NCBI GenBank assembly: GCA_021613535.1 | Contig: CP075494.1 | Span: 434,001-498,000 of the forward strand | DNA: 64,000 nucleotides | Origin: Adineta vaga | Lineage: Eukaryota > Animalia > Rotifera | Reading direction: 5' to 3' | Shown: positions 11,775 through 24,200 of the stretch, in pieces | How positions within the stretch are numbered: position 1 is the stretch's first letter | Layout of the letters: each line of letters begins with the position of its first letter | Notes under the pieces: generated by a model | Told to the model about the DNA's origin: nothing | Database searches by the model: none | The model's input: the letters and a program-made list of their open reading frames with translations, nothing else | Translations under genes and position numbers: made by a program

Positions 11775-12848
11775 ATGTCTCCGAATCCATCCGATGAAAA
11801 TATTGTACCAACTGTTACAGATTTATCTTATATAAATATAATTAAATCACCTATTTCAATTCCAAATAGTTCATATACTTCTAATATATTAGATATTCTA
11901 TTCGCTAAAATAATTTCTTTTATCAAATCTTTTTTTCATGTTTTTTTTCAACGTAAATTCATTGTTCATCGTTTAATGGGTCTATTATATTTAATTGAAT
12001 ATGCATTATCATTTTATTTATATTTCAAAAATTATAATTCATTTAAATCATCAATACTTATTTGGTCATTACCATTAACTGGTTTAATTCAATCAATAAT
12101 AGCCATGTATACATTTACATTTTTGTCACGTACTAAAGTTGATGGTGGCTATTTTTCTGATCGTGGTACATTATCATATCCATTTATTGTTGAAAATTCA
12201 TATTTTGCTCTTATTTTATTATTTCAATGGTTATATTATTCAAATCAATTTTATTCATTTTTTGATTCATCAATTATAATTGATAATATATTTGTATTTT
12301 TACCGTATATACTAAGACAATTATGGCCAAAAACACATTTTCGAGATTCCTTATATAATTCAGATAAAACCAGAACAAAAGAAAATAAAAAATTTTTTTT
12401 TATTGTTACTCATATAACAAAATTATTTTATTTATGGGCAAAACATTATATTGGTTTCTTTTTAAATTATATTCGATTTTTGAATCGTACAAATGACGAA
12501 GAAATTTATCATATTTATTTATTACTTCTATTTAGTGCATTTGCAACTACAATATCTATGTTTCTTCATACATTAAAATTTAAAGGTTATATGGGACCAA
12601 AATTATCATTTATGATTTATATGTCTTCATATGTAGCGACATTTTATTCATTTATACAAATACGAAATATATTTTTAATTAATATAGATTTAACAATATT
12701 TGTATTCATTGGATTATTATTTAATTTTACAAAATATCAACATATTTATCAAATATTCATAATGATTTTATTTAATATACATAAATATGATATATTATCA
12801 AATAATATTACAAAATATCTTTTCTTATCAACATCAAATCATTCTTAA
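11775..12848 (+). CDS. Uncharacterised multi-pass membrane protein, intronless
   Basis: 357-aa ORF with many hydrophobic segments and conserved-looking motifs (YFSDRGTLSYPFIVENSYF, WAKHYIGFFLNY, FLHTLKFK). Confidence 0.75.
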   Translation: MSPNPSDENIVPTVTDLSYINIIKSPISIPNSSYTSNILDILFAKIISFIKSFFHVFFQRKFIVHRLMGLLYLIEYALSFYLYFKNYNSFKSSILIWSLPLTGLIQSIIAMYTFTFLSRTKVDGGYFSDRGTLSYPFIVENSYFALILLFQWLYYSNQFYSFFDSSIIIDNIFVFLPYILRQLWPKTHFRDSLYNSDKTRTKENKKFFFIVTHITKLFYLWAKHYIGFFLNYIRFLNRTNDEEIYHIYLLLLFSAFATTISMFLHTLKFKGYMGPKLSFMIYMSSYVATFYSFIQIRNIFLINIDLTIFVFIGLLFNFTKYQHIYQIFIMILFNIHKYDILSNNITKYLFLSTSNHS

Positions 12849-13369
12849 TGATAAAACAACTAATTTCACTATATCTAAACTAAAAAACAAAAAATCCTTC
12901 AAAATTTATCTTGTTTTAAATAATTTAAGAAATAAAAATATTCTTTTTCTTTTGAATAGATTATCATCAGAGTTATATAGATTATTCTTTATTACGTTCA
13001 AACAATCAATATATCAACAAATGAACAATATTCACTTGTCATATACGATTGGATATAAAATATTAACATTCCATTTTCTTGATTTATTTAGTCTCTACGT
13101 CATCTTTTCTTTATTATATATATATATATAAACATAAATATTTCATATTGCTTAGATTTTTATCACAGAAAATAAAATGTCAAATATTCCTGCGTTATAG
13201 TTGATTATAAGGAAAAGAAAGTTTTCTGCTGATATGCAGATATTTTATCGATATTTCCTTATGATTCTCATATTTTGGTCAAATCTTTTATATTTAAATG
13301 GTAAATTTTATCTATATGATAATTGAATTGTCTGGATTATCCACGAAATGTTGATGTAAAAATTGGAGA

Positions 13370-13496
13370 TGAGGGTGTGGGTGGGTGTGGGTAGGTGTGG
13401 GTGAGGGTATGGGTGTGGTGTAGATGAGAGTGAAGAAGATATACCCACGCCCTCAAATTATTGAGTATAGTCTTGAGGGTGTGGGTGTGGGTGTGA
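13370..13496. repeat. Telomere-repeat palindrome (spacer type A) plus an adjacent half element
   Basis: gagggtgtgggtgggtgtggg...gatgagagtgaagaagatatacccacgccctcaa, followed by cttgagggtgtgggtgtgggtgtg at 13472. Confidence 0.9.
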
Positions 13497-14099
13497 AAGT
13501 AAGAATAAAAATATTCTATTTTGATTTGAAAATTACACGTTTCTACACTGTAAAAAAGCGGAGAATAACCAACAATAAAAGCGTTTATGATGGTCTCGTA
13601 AACGTAGAAAAAGATTTATGAGTTTTCAACGTCTAAAGAACTTCGTTTTTATTGTACTTGACGAAGATATAAATCCTTTCTGGATTTATGAAGCACTTCA
13701 AGAAATAGAAAAAGGTTTAATATACGTTACAAATCGTCTAATCTTTATTTTTTCCTACCTATACTATGTTGTTGGATGATGGTAAATTTAGTTTTAATCA
13801 ATGAGAAAATATTTTTATATCATACTGTAACTTTTAAGTAGTAAGTTTTAGTGATATAACCTTATTAGAAATATAGCGTTAGATTAATTCAGTCATACTT
13901 CGAAAGTAAATTGATTCAAACAATGATACTTTTCAAGATAATATATAGACCGCGCGGTTCCTAATAGGGATTTCGCAAATAAAAATACCGTAAAAGATGT
14001 AGATTCTATGATATCATAACTGTAATTGGTATCATATCGTGTTTTTTCGAAATGATGTTGCGAAGTACTGTTATCATTCTTTGTAGAATTAATATTTCA

Positions 14100-17000
14100 A
14101 TGACCGACATATCTTTATCAACATTACCCAATGAATTGTTGTATCATATTTTGAATTATCTTGATGCTCGTTTTATTATTTTAAAGTTACGCCGTGTATC
14201 AAAACAGTTCTACAATATTACCGACAAATATGTTCGATATATGCTCGATGTTAATTCAATGTCACCATCGAATTTGAAAATAATTTCACGGATTATCCCA
14301 GCAGAAAACATAACTTCACTCAAATTTCATGACAGAGAGAGTCAGCGAAGTCAAATTGAATTATTTTTCTCAATTTTCAACATCGATCAATTCGTTCGTT
14401 TACAATCGATTACATTGGGTAAATTTTTTTATTCAAAAGATTATCAACATTTGGATAAATTACCCGTTACCAATATCATCTCACTTCATATCAATTCCGG
14501 TGCCAGATATGATACCCAAGCATTACCTTTTATTTCAAAAGTTTTGACTCAATCAACTCTTAGTCAAGTGGATTTAATCAAATCTGATTATACTATTAAA
14601 AGAATATCCTGGCCAAAATCAAACAGTATCCAACATCTCACTATTCAATCGTGTTCATTCTGTGAATACAATCTTATTCTACAATGTTTACCTTTCTTAC
14701 AAACAATGGTAATGGCAGAATTCAGGCTGGATCAATCTGCAGCTTCAATACAATATCGACAGTTAATATCATTGACAATTGGTGAGAGTGCTTTATCAAT
14801 GGTGGATTTTGAATCACTTCTTTCGTTAACGCCATCGTTGATCAGACTCAAACTAAGATCTTATCGAACGGCTTTGGATTCAATTGTAAATGGATCTGAT
14901 TGGATAGATTTAATTCAAAGAAAATTATCCAATCTTAAAATATTTCAATTTTTCTTTTCTTATTCTTTAAAACAAAGAAACGAGACAAAAGATCTCGATT
15001 TGTTGATAGAACAATTTCGAACTCCATTCTGGTTGCATGAAAAACAATGGATTATTACATGTGACTATTTTCTAAAGGAAAATCTCGTCAATTTCTATAC
15101 AACACCTAAATGTACTATGAATTTCGAAGAGAAAGTACAATCCATTAGAACATGGCAAGTTCCTTCGACTGTACTAAGATTCCATTCAATCATTGATCTG
15201 CTATTGATTGCGAACGACGGTACAGAATTACAAACATCGACGAAATTGAATCTAAACGATGCAAATATTCAAGTGCACGATACAAAGTATCTGGCTGATG
15301 CATTACAAAAGAATACAGTATTTAACAAATCTCTTTATGATAAATAAAAAACTCAGTTCCTTATGTAGATAATCAAATATATTCAATTAGAAAACAATGT
15401 CATCGGAGAAGAAGGGGCACGATACATTGCTGAACTCTTACGAAATAATACAGTAATAAGAATATTTTGATATTTTTCATTTTAAATTCATTTTGAAGAC
15501 ATTGATATCGATTCATTTGGAAGGAAATCGAATTGGAAGCAAAGGAGCTCAGTACTTGGCCGATGGATTACAAAACAATACAGTAAAATTTAGAAAAGAA
15601 ACATTTGACGCTTTTTTGTTTTTCATTAAACAGGTTATTCAGAGTATTTATCTCGGAAAGAATAATATTGGTGATGTTGGCGCATTGCATATAGCTGAAG
15701 GGATCAAGTATATGAAGACACTAGATTTAAGTTACAATCAAATTGGAACTCACGAAGTAAAATATCTGAGTGATGCTTTACAAAACAATCAAGTAAATGG
15801 AATTCGTCATCTTTTTCTACGGGAAAATAAACTTGGTGATCAGGGTGTACGAAGTTTAGTTGAAGGATTAAGAAATAATATGGTAATTTCCTATTCGAAA
15901 TCAAAATATTTCATTTTTTTTCTCTACAAGAAGACACTCATAACACTTCAACTTAGCGACAATCAAATTGGAGTGAAAGGAGCTCAATATCTAAGTGATT
16001 TCTTACGAACTAATATAGAAAGTTTCCATCATTTGTGGTATAGAAATGAATTCAATAACAGAGTTCTTTTCTAGACGATTTCTCATCTTCATCTTGATAA
16101 TAACGATGTTCGAGAAGAAGGAATGCGGTACCTATCGGAAGGTCTAATGAAAAATACAGTATGTTCTCTGATTGACACTACTTCATCAATTTCATTTTGG
16201 AAAATTATAAACACTCACTTCATACTTACTTTAAGTGGAAACAAGATTGGAATTACAGGTGCACAATATTTAATTGATTTGCTGGGAAATAAAAAGGTAA
16301 TGATTCAAGAATTTTTCTTTCGCAAAAATTTGATCGAATGTTTGATGAAATAGAAGCTAATCAAACTTGATCTTAGAGATAATAATCTCGGAGATCTAGG
16401 TGCATTACATGTCAGTGAAGTTCTTCAAGATAATCAGGTAATACAACATTTTGATTGATCTCTCTTCGATTTATCTAATTTCTATAGATATTAAAATCAC
16501 TCAATTTAAGTTCAAATGGAATCAGTGCGACAATTGCTGAACAAATCTATGCATTATTCGAAAAGAATCATGTAATTCTAATATTTATACGATATATCTT
16601 TACATTTTATGTCTACATAGAAACTTACCTGTCTCGATCTAACAGATAATGATGAATGTGATGCTGCTGCTATGAATGCAAATTTTCAAATAGGAAACAA
16701 CAAGGTACTTTACATAGAATTTCTCGAGAAATGTAACTAAATTTTTAAACGTAGAAAATCGTCAATTTAAATCTTCAATCAAAAAATATCGGAGATAAAG
16801 GAGCCAAGTATATTGCTGATGCTTTGAGAAACAATATTGTTCGTGCCATTGATGAGTTTTGTTTTGTATCTATAATGTTAGTTTTAATATAGACACTTCA
16901 AGATCTCGATTTCAAATCAAACAAGATTGGAGAAAAGGGAGCACAAGAACTCTCTTTTGTATTGCGCAACAATAGAGTTTGTTTTTGAATCTATCTTATA

Positions 17001-19546
17001 GTATATCATTTAGCTTTTTCACATAGACTTTGACCAAATTGTATCTGAGTGGTAATGGAAATGTATACTGTAATGTTCTTGAGATGATTTTTCTTCGAGT
17101 CAAAGAACTGAAGGTTAATAAAATTGTTCTTTTTGTATCTGACATATTTTAAAAATGATATCATTGGATAGACTCAAAAATTTATATCATCCAAACAAGA
17201 AAACATTCGTGATTTTGGAGTTCAATATTTGGTCAATGTACTAAATAATAGTCAAGTAATGTTTTAGTCATTTGATCTCATAATTTATTTGAATATTATT
17301 GTAGATTATTAAAGAAATTTCTCTTATCAATGATGGAATAACAGATCAAGGTTTGCAATTGATCACTGATTGGTTAAAAACTAATAAAGTAAATATCAAT
17401 CGATACTTTTACATTTATTTATCTTAATTTTATTTAGTCTCTTCAAAAAATAAATTTAAATGGAAATTACATAAGTGACATAGGAGCAGAATATATAGCT
17501 GATATCCTAAAGAAGAACACAGTAAACATTCTTTTTCATTTCTGTTTTATCGATTAATTTACTTATCATTGATAGACTTTGAAGGTGATAGATTTAGGAC
17601 GGAATAAAATTGAAGATAAGTGTATCGAAAGTCTTGCTGATGCAATGGAAACAAATACAGTATAATTACTTCTTTCTCGTTTTAGTGACTGTCATTTTTA
17701 TTTTCAAGACACTCACAAATCTCAGTCTAGATGGTAATCCAAGTGTTCTATGTGAAGCATTAGAGAAGACTGTGTCTATTCGACATGATAAAGTATAATG
17801 ATAGTCTTTTGTGATCATCTTTTTGTATTTTATTTTATAGAGTTTGGAAATATTCAAGACAGTATCGAAAAATATGGGATATAAAGGAGTCAAATTTATT
17901 AGCTATGGACTACGAGATCATAAGGTAGATCTAACATTTTATTCACTTTTTAATCTATACTCATATGATTATACAGAATCTAACTGAATTATATTTCAAT
18001 GATTGGAAAATTGGAAAACAAGGAATAGAATATATTTCTTCTATTCTAAAAAATAATAAGGTTAAGATTCATCACTTATATTTTAATGAATCTCTTTTGT
18101 TTTTTGTAATATTGAAAACTAGATATTAACTAAACTTAGTCTCGGTAACAATCAGATAGGATGCCAAGGTGCACAATACTTAGCTGAAGTTTTACAACAT
18201 CATCCGGTATGTTTCAGCAACGAATCTACTGTTATTATTTTTTTCGCACGGATATAGACCCTGATTACCCTCGAGCTTCGAAATAATCAAATCAAGGATG
18301 AAGGCACTAAATATTTGGCTGACGCACTGGAATTTAATAGAGTAAGTATTTGTGCTTAATGTTTCTACATATTCATTTGTTTCCTATAGGTGCTTACTCA
18401 ATTAGATTTACAGGAGAATCAAATAAAGAACCAAGGAGCTCAATACTTGGCTCATATCTTAAAAATGAATCGAGTAATTATGAATTATTAGATTTCACTT
18501 TGTTACATTTCAGAATCTTATAGACACTTACTGTAGTATATCTCCAGAAGAATGAGATTGGAGATCAAGGAGCACAGTATTTCCTTGATGCATTGGAAAT
18601 GAATACGGTTTAGTTTGACTTATTATTTGTTTTGTATAATGATGAATTAACATGTCATTTAGACTCTTGAATATCTTGAGCTGCGAAATAATAAGAGTCC
18701 TGTTTGCAACGCTATACCGATTATCCATGAAAGTCTGTTTTGGAAAGTAATTCGTTGATATTATCTGTTATCTTTAGTTATTAATGATTCGTTTCTAGTT
18801 GCAACCCTACTTATCTCTTGATCAGTATAGAATCGGAGACCGTTTAATTAAATATATATAATTTCTTATACCAACATCGAACGTAATCATATATGTCTGT
18901 TGTCTGATATGAAATATATTTGTCGTAACTTTCTTCAGAAAATACAACATGTCAATCTCACTTCAAATAATATAAGCGACATTGGTGCTCAGTACTTAGC
19001 TACAACAATAAAAGAATCAACGGTCATTATTTTGTTTATTTGAATTTCTACAGCTGCGACCATCATTCTAGACAATTATCAGCATGGATCTTCGATCGAA
19101 TGATATTGGAGACGAAGGAGCTTCTTATCTTGTTGATGCATTAAAATATAATCAAGTAACATCAAGTCTAGCCAAATCTCAGAAATATGTTAAAAATTAG
19201 AGTGGTAAATTATAGTCATTGGTTTTTCTTAATGATATTCAACAATTTCATTTAGACACCAATACAGTTCGATTTTAATAGTAAGGGAATTGAAAGAAAG
19301 ATAGCGCGGACTAGAGAATATATATTTTGTTTTTTTACAGATACAATTAAACTTCTATGTCCACGAGGACATCGTCTCAAATTGTGTGATTCTAAACAAC
19401 GTAAAGGGGATAATATTTATCCGTATCCAACAGATGAATTTGGATGTAATAAATGCTTTAAAGGGTCTTGGAGCTCCTCATGGCATTGCTCTTGTACTTC
19501 AGAAGGATTTGACATATGTGAAACATGTGCGAATCGACAGAACTAA
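14100..19546 (+). CDS. F-box plus RNI/NLRC3-like LRR protein with about 25-30 short exons and a C-terminal ZZ-like zinc finger
   Basis: F-box LSTLPNELLYHILNYL. Repeated exons of about 84 nt (TLxxLxLxxNxIGxxGAQYLADAL) between 50-60 nt GT-AG introns. Last exon reads CPRGH..CNKC..WHCSC..FDICETC then stop at 19544-19546. Not every exon was checked for frame. Confidence 0.85.
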
Positions 19547-19620
19547 ATATCTTAACCATTGAAATATTGAAAACAAACGAACTAATAAATCACTAAACAA
19601 TTATTTTCAATGTTATATTT

Positions 19621-19680
19621 TCTTGAGAGTGTGGGTTCGAGAGTGGGTGTATCTTATTCACTCATACCCATACACCCGTA
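19621..19680. repeat. Telomere-repeat palindrome (spacer type A-like)
   Basis: tcttgagagtgtgggt...gtgggtgtatcttattcactcatacccatacacccg. Confidence 0.8.
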
Positions 19681-19862
19681 TCCTTTTATTGTTTCAGAAT
19701 AATTCTCAAGAAATTTCCAAGAAAAAGTCATACTGTTGACAATCTTGAATTACTTTCAAGCACTTATACTTTTTAAAATATCTTTATTATTGTTTTATCG
19801 TTATAATAGTAACGTGTAGAGACGAAACACGACCACGAACAGTTCGTATTTAGTTACTCAAA

Positions 19863-19934
19863 ATGAATGTTGAATCGTTATCTAATGAATTATTAATCGA
19901 ATGTTTCGAATACTTAACAACTAGCGCACTCGAG
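19863..19934 (+). pseudogene. 5' fragment of an F-box gene truncated at a palindrome
   Basis: ATG at 19863 gives MNVESLSNELLIECFEYLTTSALE, then the repeat element begins. Confidence 0.65.
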
Positions 19935-19983
19935 GATGTGGGTGTTGAAAGAGAAGACACACTCACCCACACCCTCAAGATGG
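19929..19983. repeat. Telomere-repeat palindrome
   Basis: ctcgaggatgtgggtgttgaaagagaagacacactcacccacaccctcaagatgg. Confidence 0.85.
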
Positions 19984-20211
19984 TATATAGATTATGCGAA
20001 GAGATGATGCACCACAAATGATCAATTTTTTGATACAGTAATTTATTTTCTATATTCTTTCGTTTATCAATAAATATAAATCATTGCTTCAAAGTAACAG
20101 AACACTTATTATCTACTTCTATGTATAAGTGAAGCATTGAGAAAAGGTAAAAAAATATTATAAGTACACGTGTTTCGTCATTTTTGTCTTTGTTTTCTTT
20201 CAGAAATATCG

Positions 20212-21117
20212 ATGTTGGATGTGTCTAATAGTATTACTCTATTGACAAACTTTTTCATTCATCTACGTCTGAAATTTAGTTTATTTCTCGCACCTATTTA
20301 TCTCTATGGTATTATCATAGGAAATGGAAATATTTTTACATGGGAATTCTGGATTGAATTTAATATTCTTCATATTTTTTTATATGGTGGTGTGTATGCA
20401 TTAAATGATTATTACGATCGAAATGAACAAGGACCGATTGGTGGTCTGAAAAATCCTCCTCCGGTTAAAGGTGATTCACTTTTCTATTTAGCTTGGTTAT
20501 GGAAATTGATTGGATTATCTTTAGCAATCATTTATTCAACGTCTGTACAATTTATTATCGTTTGTTTTCTTGATATTCTTATGTCAGTTGCTTATTCACA
20601 TCCGAAAATTCGTCTGAAAGGTAGTCCACTTGGAAGTATTCTATTAGTCATCTTCTTTCAAGGTTTTCTTACTTATTATTTGGGAATAATTCTCAACAAT
20701 AGTCAACTTAACGGAATATCATTCATTAAATTCTGGTTAGGAGCATTTGTTATCATTTTTCTGATACTTGGCACTTATCCTTTAACTCAAATCTATCAAA
20801 TTGAACAAGATAAATGTCAAGGCGATTCTACAATCGCCATTGTCTTAGGTATTGAAAAGACTTTTCAATTTTCATCTTTATGTCTATTGATCAGTGGTAC
20901 GTTGAATAGTTTATTAATTGGATATTATTATCATTGGTGGGAAAGTGTCATTATTCTCATTGGTTCTTTTTTATTTCAATATAATCTTCGAAAATGGAGA
21001 AATATTTTCTCACAACAAACAGTTTATGAAAATTTCCAGATTTTACATCGATTATTTTCTATTCAAACTATTTTCCCATTTGTCTTTTGTCTTGGGCATT
21101 TATTACATATTCTATAA
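20212..21117 (+). CDS. UbiA-family prenyltransferase, bacterial-like and intronless
   Basis: NDYYDRNE Asp-rich motif, YSHPKIRLK, YPLTQIYQIEQD..GDSTIA; multiple TM helices. Confidence 0.85.
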   Translation: MLDVSNSITLLTNFFIHLRLKFSLFLAPIYLYGIIIGNGNIFTWEFWIEFNILHIFLYGGVYALNDYYDRNEQGPIGGLKNPPPVKGDSLFYLAWLWKLIGLSLAIIYSTSVQFIIVCFLDILMSVAYSHPKIRLKGSPLGSILLVIFFQGFLTYYLGIILNNSQLNGISFIKFWLGAFVIIFLILGTYPLTQIYQIEQDKCQGDSTIAIVLGIEKTFQFSSLCLLISGTLNSLLIGYYYHWWESVIILIGSFLFQYNLRKWRNIFSQQTVYENFQILHRLFSIQTIFPFVFCLGHLLHIL

Positions 21118-21131
21118 GATACCTTTTAATA

Positions 21132-21206
21132 AGAGGGCTAGGGGAGGGTGGGTGTGGGTGTAATTTAAACTGAAGAAGAACGTCCACCCTCATCCACACC
21201 CTTCGA
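21132..21206. repeat. Telomere-repeat palindrome between two convergent genes
   Basis: agagggctaggggagggtgggtgtgggtg...ccaccctcatccacacccttcga. Confidence 0.85.
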
Positions 21207-21296
21207 ATTTTTATTGATAAAAAGACAAATTTCAAATATTAAAAAAAAATCATTAAATTAGTTCAAAATATCGAAGGAATTTTCTTGTTAAATGAT

Positions 21297-24200
21297 TTAA
21301 GTCGGATGAGAATACTTTGCCGTATGTTCTGGATTTTTTGTTGATCGACATTCAGCTCCATATCTACATGGAATTAGACGACGTTTTGCTACACCTGTAC
21401 TACTTGATGTTTTATTTTCTAAAATCAAATTGAAATAGAAATATTTGAATTATAGAAAATCTTTTTGTTTTACTTTTAAATGGAGAAATTTCTTCATTAT
21501 GAAAATATTTTATTCGATGTTCGGTAGTATTATTTCTACAGATCTCTTGATCACGACATGGATAGAGATAATCAGGTTTTCCTGTATGTCGATATTGAGC
21601 ACGATGAACTGGATCAGTAAGTTTCGAACAATGATTATCATTTGAACATTTAGGAACATTATGTTGTTCATGAATAAGATTAGGTTCATTATCCTGATTT
21701 CGACATAATTCATTAAAACGACATGGATGGGAATACTTGTTAGTATGATCTCGTTGATTTAATTGTAAACAATAGATAGAATCTTGACAAGGAGGTAATT
21801 TAACAGAAGCGGCCGATGTTGGATTTGGTTTTTTCGTAATAGATGATGATGGATTATATGCCCTGTTTTCAGGATGTGAATCGTATGTTGTGCGTTTTGG
21901 AGCCGATGTGTGAGCATCATCGGAAACTTGTCTTGGTGAAATATTTCTTTTCGGCGGACCAAATAGTGCAATTCTAATGCGTTGAAAAAAAGATGGCTTC
22001 GGTACATATGATGGATGTTCAACAGGAGCTCTTGGTGGCGGTTTAGAATGTTCAGAAGTTTCTTTACTTGTTCCAGATGCTCCAGCATGATAGCCAATAA
22101 TGGTAGGCATATAATCAAACGGTTCTCGAGTCTGTTTTATTAATTTAGATGTATCAACTGTATAATCTCTATCGAATGTTGGATGTAATTCAGGTATTTC
22201 TTCGTGACGAATAATTAAATTACGTATTGGAACATCTTCAAGTCCACCACTAACGTGAATATAATCTAATCTTGATAAATCTAATTCTGATTTATCAAAT
22301 TGATAAGAAATCTGCTCATGATTATAAATACCATTTGGACCAGCATGTGATAAAGTGACTTGATTATCTTTATAAGTAATTTTCAAACAAAAAGTAAAGA
22401 AATCATCTGTATTACAACCACGATAGAAAACATTTGATTTGGCTTTAAATTGAGCTTTATGCGTATTATTGTAATGTTGAGCAGGATGATCATCATTTAA
22501 ATATGAATATGTTTCATGATAATCGTCAGTCGCTTGAGATGGTTTTTCTGCAACATAACAATTGAGATATCGTAATTTATTTTGATCTTTATCATTTGTT
22601 TGAATTTTTTCATTGGCTAATGTTAACATCATATCACCATTCATTGCTTGCCAATATATATAAGTATATTCAAGATGATTGCCTTTATGAGACTTATCAA
22701 GAGAATATAATTTGTATGATTGAGAAATTGTAATTGGTATAACGATTTGATCATCAAATTTTGTTCCGGCAATAGTTATAACAATACCACGAGAGATTTG
22801 CGGTGCTGCCATTCTTTGTTTAATTTTTGCGAGGTTTTGTTCAAGTATATATTGTCGGTATGGTATACGAGATGCATCTAATTTAACAAGTGAACCTGGT
22901 ACGATTAAACTAAGATCAATTGTATGGTCAGTTAATATCAATGAATCACGAAAAACTGCTCGAGCAGATTTTCGAGCTTCATCACTCAATGATTGATATA
23001 AATTTTTTGGCATATAAACATTCTCAATGTAATCTAAAGGAATTAATTGAGGTAAATGACTTTCGAATACATCATGCGAATCTCGATCGAGACTGGTCCA
23101 TTGTTGAATAATAGTATTTAGATTGATGTCCATCGATTTCTGATTTTTACCATAAAAAGCAATAAGTTCCGTAGCTGCAGCGTATTCATAACGAGGAACG
23201 GAACAATGTAATTTAGCATTATGAAAATCTTCAATGCGTTTATCCTCGCTACCTGGATCTGTCCACCATGAACGTAGTTTATAAACTCTTGCACTAGGAA
23301 AACCAGTGCCAGCTTGAAAAGTAAAATTTGCATCTGGATGAAACATAATTTCTTGCTTGAACGTAATAACAATATCACCATAATAAGTACCAGTATGTGG
23401 TCCTAATATACTAAAAATATGTTGATCTGTTCCTAATTTTGTATCAACATCATATCCTATTCCCATTGGTTTAGATGTTAATTTAATCGATGCTTCAGCT
23501 ATTTTAACTGTCCATTCATGTATCACTTGAATACTTCTGTCATCAAGTGGTGGTTTTAGTTTTCTTTCGATAGTATTAATATTATCGTTATGATCAGCAT
23601 CCGTAGAAGTTATTCCATAAGTTCCTGCTTTTGCAAATTCTGCGTGAACTAACAGTTTAATCAATTCATGAACATTATGTTTTACTTCAGAACTGTTATG
23701 TTCGAGAAGTATTCGACGTATTCGACTATGTTGCAATACAGCTTTAGCAACATGTTTGGGATTTTTTAGTAATTCCATAAATCGACGACTCATGACATGT
23801 CCAAGTACAAGAATTGATTCAAAAATAAGTGGACTACAACGATGTACGGGTTGTAATGCTCGTATCCAATCGAGTATTTCTCGAGGAATCGAAGCTTTTT
23901 TCCATCCGTTTGCGTCCGTATATGCTTTAAGATTTCGTATTATTTCTCCTTGATTATGTGTAAAATTGATCGATGCATTGAAATTTCTCGATGGTGCAAA
24001 GCTTAAATGATCATAATTTTGTCCATGTCGAAACTTTCGTAGATGTTCATCTTTAAGTCGATCATGACATTTGAAACCTGGATGTTTACAAAACAGACGA
24101 ACATCTCGAATTTTGGAATGACTGAAAGATTCCAAATGTTCTTCATCAGTAAGCTTCGTACATTTATCTTCTTGAGAGCAAAGATGACGAGCAATATGAA

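Noticed and set aside
21445-24194. Small ORFs overlapping the PARG/PBZ gene, and similar shadow ORFs over other genes
   Set aside because: Alternative-frame or antisense shadows with no recognisable motifs.
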